A program made the translations under genes and the position numbers. A stretch of 64,000 bases of DNA from Eledone cirrhosa (taxonomy: Eukaryota): NCBI GenBank assembly GCA_964016885.1, contig OZ024740.1, positions 30,814,001 through 30,878,000 on the forward strand. The letters are read 5' to 3'. Of this stretch, positions 53,603 to 64,000 are shown piece by piece. Under the pieces are notes generated by a model, which was given only the letters and a program-made list of their open reading frames with translations, ran no database searches and had not been told where the DNA came from. Each line of letters starts with the position of its first letter. Position 1 is the stretch's first letter.

Positions 53603-54321
53603 TATGTAAGGTAAAACCTTAACCACAAAAATACAATGGTACATATAGAGTAATGTAAATGTTATGTGAGGTAAAGCCTTTACCATGAAAATACAATGGT
53701 ACATATAGAGTAATGTAAATGTTATGTGAGGTAAAGCCTTTACCATGAAAATACAATAGTAAATATAGAGTAATGTAAATGTTATGTGAGGTAAAACCTT
53801 AACCACAAAAATACAATGGTACATATAGAGTAATGTAAATGTTATGTGAGGTAAAGCCTTTACCATGAAAATACAATGGTACATATAGAGTAATGTAAAT
53901 GTTATGTGAGGTAAAGCCTTTACCATGAAAATACAATGGTACATATAGAGTAATGTAAATGTTATGTGAAGTAAAGCCTTTACCATGAAAATACAATAGT
54001 AAATATAGAGTAATGTAAATGTTATGTGAGGTAAAGCCTTTACCATGAAAATACAATGGTACATATAGAGTAATGTAAATGTTATGTGAGGTAAAGCCTT
54101 TACCATGAAAATACAATGGTACATATAGAGTAATGTAAATGTTATGTGAGGTAAAGCCTTTACCATGAAAATACAATGGTACATATAGAGTAATGTAAAT
54201 GTTATGTGAGATAAAGCCTTTACCATGAAAATACAATGGTACATATAGAGTAATGTAAATGTTATGTGAGGTAAAGCCTTTACCATGAAAATACAATGGT
54301 ACATATAGAGTAATGTAAATG
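53603..54321. repeat. 60-bp minisatellite, about 12 copies
   Basis: Consecutive 60-nt lines are nearly identical; the unit contains hairpin GGTAAA-GCC-TTTACC. Confidence 0.97.
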
Positions 54322-54985
54322 CTAAAGGGTTAAGAAGATTTATACATTTCTGCATCAAAACATGGAATTTCAACAGCTCTCAATAACCGATGTAATTATT
54401 ACACTTGTACATATATGACAGGGATGGAGAAAGGGTTAGAAAATAGAGAGAATGTTTTGATGGAAGTGGGAGTGAGAGAGAGAAAAGTTTTGATGAGAAG
54501 AGGAAAGAAAGAGAGAGATGCATTTTAAAGAGAGGAAAATAAGAGAGACACATGGTAGATATTTTAGACTTATTTTAGGAAAAAAGTAGCATCTTCGACA
54601 CCAGGAAATGCGGTATATATTAATATCTTATGGGGGAAAAAGGATCAAAGGTATTATGCCAAATAAACTCCTGCTGACATGTAGCAAAAAAATTATCAGA
54701 TGTCCCTCAAATTGTTTTATATTTTCCTGACCATGTCCCCTCAATTTATGGGGGTGGGGTCAGCGCTTGCTCCCTCGTAGTCATGTTGAATTCACTTTCA
54801 TATGTAATGTACCAATGTTGGACATTAGTTTTATGATAACTGATTTCAAATTATATGCAGGAACATTTTTTGTTCTCTGGGTGTTCAAACAGTGACCAAT
54901 AAATTGAGGATTTACACATGCACACAGACACAGAACAGTACACAGTACACAAACACAAACATACCGTACACAGTACATTAATACA

Positions 54986-55383
54986 AACTGGCGTAGCAAC
55001 ATCATCATTAACTGCTACAAGGGTAAAGGAGATGCTCTAGATAGAGGAAACTATAGAGGCATTAAATTAGTTGACCAGGTCACGAAGGTCACAGAAAGAG
55101 TTATAGCGCAACTAATCAGAGAACGAATTGATCTAGATGAAATGCAGTTTGGGTTTGTGTCAGGTAAAAGTACCACAGACGCTCTTTTCCTTGTACGACA
55201 ACTACAGGAGAAGTACCTAGCTAAAAGTAAACCCCTCTACTTAGCTTTTGTAGACCTGGAGAAAGCTTTTGACAGAGTCCCCTGCTCCATTATCTGGTGG
55301 GCTCTTAGAAAACTAGGTGTAGATAAATGGCTTGTGAGACCTATACAAGCCATGTATAAAGAAACAGTCAGTAAGGTTAGAAT
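54986..55383 (+). mobile_element. Older RTE LINE, part 1 (RT domain, 5'-truncated)
   Basis: CYKGKGDALDRGNYRGIKL...QFGF...FVDLEKAFDRV...SKVRI; interrupted at 55384. Confidence 0.9.
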
Positions 55384-58300
55384 CCATCATCATCATCATC
55401 ATCATCACCGTTTTACGTCCGTTCTTCCACGCTAGCATGGGTTAGACGGGTTGTCCTGTTGTGGGCAGTGTCTGGTCGGCTGACCATGCCTTGCTCATAC
55501 AGGAACTGATCTGGCTTGATTTCTACAGCTGGATGCCCTTCCTAACACCAACCTCATTTACAGTGAGTGCTGGGTGCTTTTTCGTGGCGCCTACACGTCC
55601 ACTTTACAGTGTGGGCTGGGTGCTTTTTTGCCGTGGCACCTCCACGACCACCTTGCGGTGGGGGGGGGGGGCATATTGTTTATATGCTTCAGCATGTACC
55701 CATGGGAGGTTGGGTACCCTGTATTACTGCGTGACGCCAGAAGTCACGGTCGTGTGTCATTGACTTTGAGAGGTGTAGTTGGGTAAGGTCGGCTTTTATC
55801 ACCTCATCCCAAGTTATCTTGGGTCTCCCCACTCCGCGGTTTCCATCAACTTCTAGTGCTCTGCACCTTTTTATGCAGCTGTCATCCTTCATACGCATCA
55901 CATGTCCATACCAGCGTAACCGCCTCTCCTGCACGCAGCATTTGATTCCTCTTATGCTCAGTCTCTCTCTCAATTCCTTTATGCTTTGTCGTTCACGTAT
56001 ATTACTGTTACACATCCATCGGAGCATGCAGGCTTCGTTTCTCTCTAATCTACGTAAGTCTTCCACCTTCAGTGCCCAGGTCTCACTACCATGCAACATC
56101 GCTGTTCGGATACACGCATCATACAGTCTGCCTTTCATTCTGAGGGAGAAGCCTTTTGCAGCTAGCAGTGGTAGTAGTTCCCTAAACTTCTTCCATCCCG
56201 TTCTTACCCTAGTTATTGTACTTTCTGAGCACCCACCTCCGTTGCTAATTCGGTCACCTAGGTAGCAGAAGCTGTCTACTGTTTCTACAGGGCCCTCCCA
56301 GAGATTGGTGGTACTTGTTTCCTGTGGCTGTTTGCTTGCTGTTTCAGCACAGCTGCTGCATGTGAATCCTACATTCTTAATTAAGCTTCCTGAGATCCCG
56401 CTACATCTCTTGTGTACCCATTGTTTGCATTTGGGGCAGAGAATGGAGTTCCTACCTACACCTTTCCTACATACTGAGCAAGGCCATTGCTTCCAGGTTT
56501 GGAATTTATTCTCTAGTTCTACCATAGATTCAGCTATGAGTGCGAGGTCATCAGCATACAGGAGTTCCCATGGGCATCCGGTCTTAAACTCCTCCGTTAT
56601 TGCCTGCAGGACTATGATGAACAGGAGAGGGCTAAGAACAGAGCCCTGGTGGACCCCAACCTGTACGCTAAATTCCTCGCTATACTCATTGCCAATCCTA
56701 ACTTTGCTGACTGCTCCCCTATACATGGCTTGTACCGCTTTCACAAGCCATTCATCTACTCCTAGTTTTCTAAGAGCCCACCAGATTACTGCACGTGGAA
56801 CTCTGTCAAAGGCTTTCTCAAGGTCGACAAATGCCAAGTAGAGTGGCTTACTTTTAGCTAGGTACTTTTCCTGTAATTGCCTCACAAGGAAGAGGGCATC
56901 AGTGGTGCCTTTCCCTGGTACAAACCCAAATTGCATCTCGTCTATATTCACCCGGTCCCTAATCAGCTGTGCTATAACTCTTTCTGTTACTTTCATGACC
57001 TGGTCCATCAACTTTATACCTCTATAGTTTCCTCTATCTAGTGCATCGCCTTTACCTTTGTAGCAGTTGACAATGATGCTACTGCACCAATCTTTTGGTA
57101 TGGCCCCCTCTAGTATTACCTGGTTAACGATACGTGTGGTTATAGTGTGACCTACAGACCCAGATGCCTTCAGCATCTCGGCAGCTATACCCGATGGACC
57201 GGTTGCCTTCCCTATCTTCATATCTCTGATTGCCATACTTACTACGCTGCTGCTGACTTGTACTGCTGGTCCCTCTATAGGGTCTACGTGGGGTAGGGTC
57301 TCTTCTTCCCATGCATTCTCCTCATTTAGTAATCTATCATAATGACTCTTCCATGCATCTTTCTTCTCAGCACTTGTGAGGGCAAGCTCACCTTTATCAT
57401 TCCGGATACACTTCTCTCCAATGACATCACAACTATCTCTGACACACTGCCTCGCAATCTTGAATACCTCCTGTTTCTGGTCCTCACGTTGTAAAACATG
57501 CTTGAATTTTCTATCCTCTGCTTCCCTCCTAGCTAAGTATACTTGTCGCCTAGCTTCCCTCTTGGTCTCTATGTAATGTACCCTGCTCCCCCCGTTCTTC
57601 CATTCTTTCCATGCCTGTCTCTTGGCCTTGACTGCTTCATCTACCTTATTGTTCCACCACCAAGTCACTCTCCTCCTGCTTGAGGTCTTACTCCAGCCAC
57701 AAACCTCATCCGTCGCCTCTAGTAAGTTATTTTTTAGGAACTCCCAGTTCTCTTCTACGTTAAATGTCTCTATCTGTTCTTCTTTACTGTCGTAGGCGTT
57801 GAGTAAAATATCTTTAAATCTGTTACTGGTTGAGGGGACTTTCAGCTTCCAGATCTTTCTTCTCCAGGTTGGCCTCTGTTTCAGGGCTCGTCTAGTTCTG
57901 ACCGTGAGGTCGCTGACAACTAAGCTATGTTGGGATGTACATTCCTCACTAGGGAAGGCTTTTGTGTTTACGACCGTCCATCTGTCACGTCCTCTGATGA
58001 GGATAAAATCTAACTGACTAGAGTGCTCCCCTGATCTATAGGTGATCAGGTGGTTGTCGGGTTTTTTAAAGTTTGTGTTACATATCGACATGTCATTGGC
58101 GTCGCAGAATTCTAGAAGTCTGAATCCTTCCTCATTCCTTGTGCCAACTCCATGGCCTCCATATACTCTATTGAAGCCGTCGCAGTGTTTACCTACGTGT
58201 CCGTTAAAATCTCCTGCAATGATTAGGAAGTCCTTGTCGTCTGTTAGAGCAGTAGTGTGTATTAGGGACTTGTAAAACCTATCCTTAAGTTCGTCTGGCA

Positions 58301-58888
58301 GCCCCGATTGGGGTGCGTAAGCTGATATTATTGTGGTAATTGTCTTATTCAGGACTAGTCTGAGTTTAATGATTCTTGCATTTACCCTGTACACTGAGAT
58401 TACTTTATCTACCCACTTGTCAGCTAATAGTATACCTACACCACCCATCCCATCGTCATTTCCCACCCAGAAAAATTTGTAGCGCTGGCTTTTTCCTACA
58501 AGGACTCTAGCAGACCCTCCTCTCCATCTAGTCTCTTGCACGCAGCATACATCAACTTCCTTTCGCTCTAGCATTTCTACGATTTCTCCTGCTCTTCCTT
58601 TCATTGAGCCTACATTGATGGTACCAACTCGGAGTTTTGGGCATTTGTCGACACTCGTAGGGGAGGGTCTCTGGGTTGGCGCTTCACGTGGGTGCTTGGT
58701 AGCTCGCAGATTCATATTTCATCTATTGATTCAGAGTTGCTCGTGTATTCCCAGCTCATCCATCCATAACGGTGGGAAAATTGAGGGCTAGAAGAACAGT
58801 GGTGGTGGGGTAATGGCAGGGTGTGTTGGGATGCACCAGAGGAGGAGAGAGTTAGTTAGGCAGGTAGTAGCAGCAGCAGTGGAAATGT
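55384..58888 (-). mobile_element. Near full-length RTE-clade LINE
   Basis: Single long ORF, 3' UTR and (GAT)n tail at 55385-55407; GAAT at both junctions (55380-55383, 58889-58892). Confidence 0.93.
55689..58715 (-). CDS. RTE LINE ORF: AP-like endonuclease, reverse transcriptase and PHD-like Cys/His finger (1008 aa)
   Basis: APE motifs TINV, VQETRW, GDFNGH, LDFIL, SQH; RT motifs QFGF, FVDLEKAFDRV, GVHQGSVLSP, YADD; CSVC...CPKC..WVHKRC...CSSC; lacks about 31 aa after YADD relative to the neighbouring copy. Confidence 0.9.
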   Translation of the reverse strand: MNLRATKHPREAPTQRPSPTSVDKCPKLRVGTINVGSMKGRAGEIVEMLERKEVDVCCVQETRWRGGSARVLVGKSQRYKFFWVGNDDGMGGVGILLADKWVDKVISVYRVNARIIKLRLVLNKTITTIISAYAPQSGLPDELKDRFYKSLIHTTALTDDKDFLIIAGDFNGHVGKHCDGFNRVYGGHGVGTRNEEGFRLLEFCDANDMSICNTNFKKPDNHLITYRSGEHSSQLDFILIRGRDRWTVVNTKAFPSEECTSQHSLVVSDLTVRTRRALKQRPTWRRKIWKLKVPSTSNRFKDILLNAYDSKEEQIETFNVEENWEFLKNNLLEATDEVCGWSKTSSRRRVTWWWNNKVDEAVKAKRQAWKEWKNGGSRVHYIETKREARRQVYLARREAEDRKFKHVLQREDQKQEVFKIARQCVRDSCDVIGEKCIRNDKGELALTSAEKKDAWKSHYDRLLNEENAWEEETLPHVDPIEGPAVQVSSSVVSMAIRDMKIGKATGPSGIAAEMLKASGSVGHTITTRIVNQVILEGAIPKDWCSSIIVNCYKGKGDALDRGNYRGIKLMDQVMKVTERVIAQLIRDRVNIDEMQFGFVPGKGTTDALFLVRQLQEKYLAKSKPLYLAFVDLEKAFDRVPRAVIWWALRKLGVDEWLVKAVQAMYRGAVSKVRIGNEYSEEFSVQVGVHQGSVLSPLLFIIVLQAITEEFKTGCPWELLYADDLALIAESMVELENKFQTWKQWPCSVCRKGVGRNSILCPKCKQWVHKRCSGISGSLIKNVGFTCSSCAETASKQPQETSTTNLWEGPVETVDSFCYLGDRISNGGGCSESTITRVRTGWKKFRELLPLLAAKGFSLRMKGRLYDACIRTAMLHGSETWALKVEDLRRLERNEACMLRWMCNSNIRERQSIKELRERLSIRGIKCCVQERRLRWYGHVMRMKDDSCIKRCRALEVDGNRGVGRPKITWDEVIKADLTQLHLSKSMTHDRDFWRHAVIQGTQPPMGTC

Positions 58889-60120
58889 GAATTAACAATG
58901 AATATTGTGAAGAATTTAGTGTAAAAGTTGGTGTTCATCAAGGCTCTGTCCTTAGCCCCCTCCTATTTATTATTGCCCTTCGGGCTATAACAGAGGGGTT
59001 CAAGACCGGCTGCCCATGGGAACTTCTCTATGCAGATGATCTAACTCTCATAGTTGAATATATGGCTAAACTCGAGAAGAAATTCCAAACATTGAAGCAT
59101 GGCCTAGAATCAATAGGCCTTAAAGTTAACTTGTCTAAGACTAAAGTTCTAGTTTGTAGAAAGGAAAATAGGGCACAGGTGCCCTCAGGGAAATGGCCAT
59201 GCTCAGTGTGTAGGAAAGGAGTAGGCAGAAATTCCATTTTATGCAAAGTATGGGTACATAAAAGATGTAGTGGGATCACAGGTAAACTATCTAAGAACGT
59301 AGACTTCATATGTGGCCGATGCTCAGGTGCAATAGGTAGCAAGTGTCCACAGGATACTAGCTCCTTCTATTGTCCAAATGGTTCTATAGAAATAGTGGAC
59401 ACTTTCCGTTACCTGGATGACGAAATCAGCAGTGGTGGAGGGTGTTCTGAAAGTACAGTAGCCAGAGTCAGAACAGGATGGAAAAAGTTCAGAGAGCTTA
59501 TACCGCTGTTGGCCACAAAAGGTTTCTCTCTAAAAATAAAAGGCAGAATGTATGATGCTTGTATACGAACAGCAATGCTACATGGCAGTGAGACATGGGC
59601 ATTGCATGCAGAGGACCTGCGTAGACTGGAAAGGAACGAAGCATGCATGCTCCGTTGGATGTGTAATAGTAATATACGTGAACGGCAAAGTATAAATGAA
59701 CTAAGTGAGAAATTATGAATAAGAGGGATCAGATGCTGTTTACTCGAGAGAAGACTTTGTTGGTATGGCCACATGATGCGCATGAAAGACGACAGCTGTA
59801 TAAAAAAGTGCAGGGCGATCAAAATTGATGGTAGTTACGGAGTAGGTAGACCCAGAAAAAGCTGGGATGATCTGATAAATTCCGACCTTACACACTTGCA
59901 CCTCTCTAAGACAATGTCACTGGACCGAGATCTTTGGCGCTACACAGTAATACAGAAGACCCACCTTGCTTATATACGAAGTAAAACCTACAGTCAGTAG
60001 GCACCACTTAACCAAATATACACCCCAATCCACTACCCCTAACCTATCCTCCCACTCCCACCAACACCACCCTCTCTCTGTAAAGTTGGCACCACAATGC
60101 TAGCATGGAAGATGGATGTA
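58889..60120 (+). mobile_element. Older RTE LINE, part 2
   Basis: Resumes INNEYCEEFSVKVGVHQGSVLSP...YADD...WPCSVCRKGVG; premature stop at 59718. Confidence 0.9.
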
Positions 60121-63100
60121 TGACACCATACACATTACATGAACAAAAACACACCATACACAGTACATAAACACAAACACACCATACACAGTACACAAAC
60201 ACACCATACACAGAACATAAACACACCATACACAGTACATAAACACACCATACACAGTACATAAACATAAACACAGCATACACAGTACATAAACACCATA
60301 CACAGTACATAAACATAAACACATCTTACACAGTACATAAACACACCATACACAGTACATAAATGCACCATACACAGCACACAAACACACCATACACAGT
60401 ACACAAACAAACCATACACAGAACATAAACACACCATACACAGTACATAAACACACCATACACAGTACATAAACACACCATACACAGTACATAAACATAA
60501 ACACACCATACACAGTACATAAATGCACCATACACAGTACATAAACACACCATACACAGTACATAAACACGCCATACACAGTACACAAACACACCATACA
60601 CAGTACATAAACACCATACACAGAACATGAACATAAACACATTTTACACAGTACATAAACACACCATACACAGTGCATAAACACACCATACACAGTACAT
60701 AAACACACTATACACAGTACATAAACACACTATACAGAGGACACAAACACACCATACACAGAATACAAACACACCATATACAGTACATAAACACCATACT
60801 CAGTACATAAACACACCATACACAGTGCATAAACACACCATACACAGTACACAAACACACCATACACAGTACATAAACACACGATACACAGTACACAAAC
60901 ACACTATACACAGGAGACAAACACACCATACATAGTACATAAACACACCATACACAGTACATAAACACACCATACACAGTACATAAACACATCGTACACA
61001 ATACATAAACACACCATACACAGTGCATAAACACACAATACACAGTACAAAAACACCATACTCAGTACACAAACATAAACACACCATACACAGTACATAA
61101 ACACACCATACATAGTACACAAACACACCATACACAGTACATAAAAACACCATACACAGTACCTAAACACACCATACACAGTACGTAAACACATCATACA
61201 CAGTACATAAACACACCATACACAGTACACAAACACACCATACACAGTACCTAAACATACCATACACAGCACACAAACACACCATACACAGTACACAAAC
61301 ACACCATACACAGAACATAAACACACCATACACAGTACATAAACTCACCATACACAGTACATAAACACACCATACACAGTACATAAACATAAACACACCA
61401 TACACAGTACATAAACACACCATACACAGTACACAAACAGACCATACACAGTATATTAACACCCCATACACAGTACATAAACATAAACACATCTAACACA
61501 GTACATAAACACACCATACACAGTGCATAAATGCACCATACACAGTACATAAACACCATACACAGTACATAAACATAAACACATCTTACACAGTACATAA
61601 ACACACCATACACAGTACATAAATGCACCATACACAGTACATAAACACGCCATACACAGTACACAAACACACCATACACAGTACATAAACACACCATACA
61701 CAGTACATAAACACACTATACAGAGGACACAAACACACCATACACAGAATACAAACACACCATATACAGTACATAAACACCATACTCAGTACATAAACAC
61801 ACCATACACAGTGCATAAACACACCATACACAGTACATAAACACACCATACACAGTACACAAACACACTATACAGAGGACACAAACACACCATACGCAGT
61901 GCATAAACACGCCATATACAGTACACAAACACACTATACACAGGACACAAACACACCATACATAGTACATAAACACACCATACACAGTACATAAACACAG
62001 CATACACAGTACATAAACACATCGTACACAATACATAAACACACCATACACAGTACATAAACACACAATACACAGTACATGAACACAAACACACCATACA
62101 CAGAACATAAACACACCATACACAGTACACAAACACACCATAAACAGTACATAAATACACCATACACAGTACATAAACACACCATACACAGTACATAAAC
62201 AAACCATACACAGTACATAAACTTAAACACACCATACACAGTACATAAACACATCGTACACAATACATAAACACACCATACACAGTACATAAACATACAA
62301 TACACAGTACATGAACACAAACACACCATACACAGAACATAAACACACCATACACAGTACACAAACACACCATAAACAGTACATAAACACACCATACACA
62401 GTACATAAACAAACCATACACAGTACATAAACACACTGTACACAGTACATAATGGCACCATACACAGTACATAAACACCATACACAGTACATAAACACAC
62501 CATACACAGTACATAAACACACCATACACAGTACATAAACACATCGTACACAATACATAAACACACCATACACAGTGCATAAACACACAATACACAGTAC
62601 ATAAACACCATACTCAGTACACAAACATAAACACACCATACACAGTACATAAACACACCATACACAGTACATAAACACACCATACACAGTACCTAAACAC
62701 ACCATAAACAGTACCTAAACACACCATAAACAGTACGTAAACACATCATACACAGTACATAAATACACCATACACAGTACACAAACACACCATACACAGT
62801 ACCTAAACATACCATACACAGCACACAAACACACCATACGCAGTACACAAACACACCATACACAGAACATAAACACACCATACACAGTACATAAACACAC
62901 CATACACAGTACATAAACACACCATACACAGTACATAAACATAAACACACCATACACAGTACATAAACACACCATACACAGTACACAAACAGACCATACA
63001 CAGTATATTAACACCCCATACACAGTACATAAACATAAACACATCTAACACAGTACATAAACACACCATACACAGTGCATAAATGCACCATACACAGTAC

Positions 63101-64000
63101 ATAAACACCATACACAGTACATAAACATAAACACATCTTACACAGTACATAAACACACCATACACAGTACATAAATGCACCATACACAGTACATAAACAC
63201 GCCATACACAGTACACAAACACACCATATACAGTACATAAACACCATACTCAGTACATAAACACACCATACACAGTGCATAAACACACCATACACAGTAC
63301 ACAAACACACCATACACAGTACATAAACACACCATACACAGTACACAAACACACTATACACAGGAGACAAACACACCATACATAGTACATAAACACACCA
63401 TACACAGTACATAAACACACCATACACAGTACATAAACACATCGTACACAATACATAAACACACCATACACAGTGCATAAACACACAATACACAGTACAA
63501 AAACACCATACTCAGTACACAAACATAAACACACCATACACAGTACATAAACACACCATACATAGTACACAAACACACCATACACAGTACATAAAAACAC
63601 CATACACAGTACCTAAACACACCATACACAGTACGTAAACACATCATACACAGTACATAAACACACCATACACAGTACACAAACACACCATACACAGTAC
63701 CTAAACATACCATACACAGCACACAAACACACCATACACAGTACACAAACACACCATACACAGAACATAAACACACCATACACAGTACATAAACTCACCA
63801 TACACAGTACATAAACACACCATACACAGTACATAAACATAAACACACCATACACAGTACATAAACACACCATACACAGTACACAAACAGACCATACACA
63901 GTATATTAACACCCCATACACAGTACATAAACATAAACACATCTAACACAGTACATAAACACACCATACACAGTGCATAAATGCACCATACACAGTACAT
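60121..64000. repeat. About 22-bp satellite (ACACACCATACACAGTACATAA)n with variants, running off the window end
   Basis: Direct inspection; degenerate units also lie at 54915-54985, on the other side of the RTE pair. Confidence 0.95.

Noticed and set aside
53567-54373. 268-aa and 165-aa ORFs
   Set aside because: Products of a stop-free 60-bp minisatellite
55819-58275. Plus-strand ORFs within the RTE
   Set aside because: Antisense shadows of the 1008-aa RTE ORF
60044-64000. Many Cys/Val/Tyr-rich ORFs
   Set aside because: Translations of the satellite

Overview
AT-rich, microsatellite-dense animal DNA; the SINE/LINE repertoire suggests an octopus-like cephalopod (inference). No host protein-coding gene is recognisable. 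The window is almost entirely repeats: many tRNA-derived SINEs, RTE-clade LINEs (one nearly complete 1008-aa ORF nested in an older relative), RLE-type LINE fragments (R4/Dong-like, CRE-like), an L1/Tx1-like 3' end, hAT transposon remnants and minisatellites (31, 33, 57, 60 and ~22 bp). The standout is a 9.26-kb array (17609-26868) of ~20 apparently identical 468-bp non-coding units. Each unit carries a complete type I hammerhead ribozyme motif and many stem-loops. The array flips orientation at 20815/20816 and both ends abut (TA)n. This looks like a retrozyme or viroid-like circular RNA integrated as a concatemer by reverse transcription. Several shorter head-to-head palindromes with hammerhead-like cores, also set in (TA)n, share this architecture. 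All structures were read by eye; none has been folded or searched computationally.
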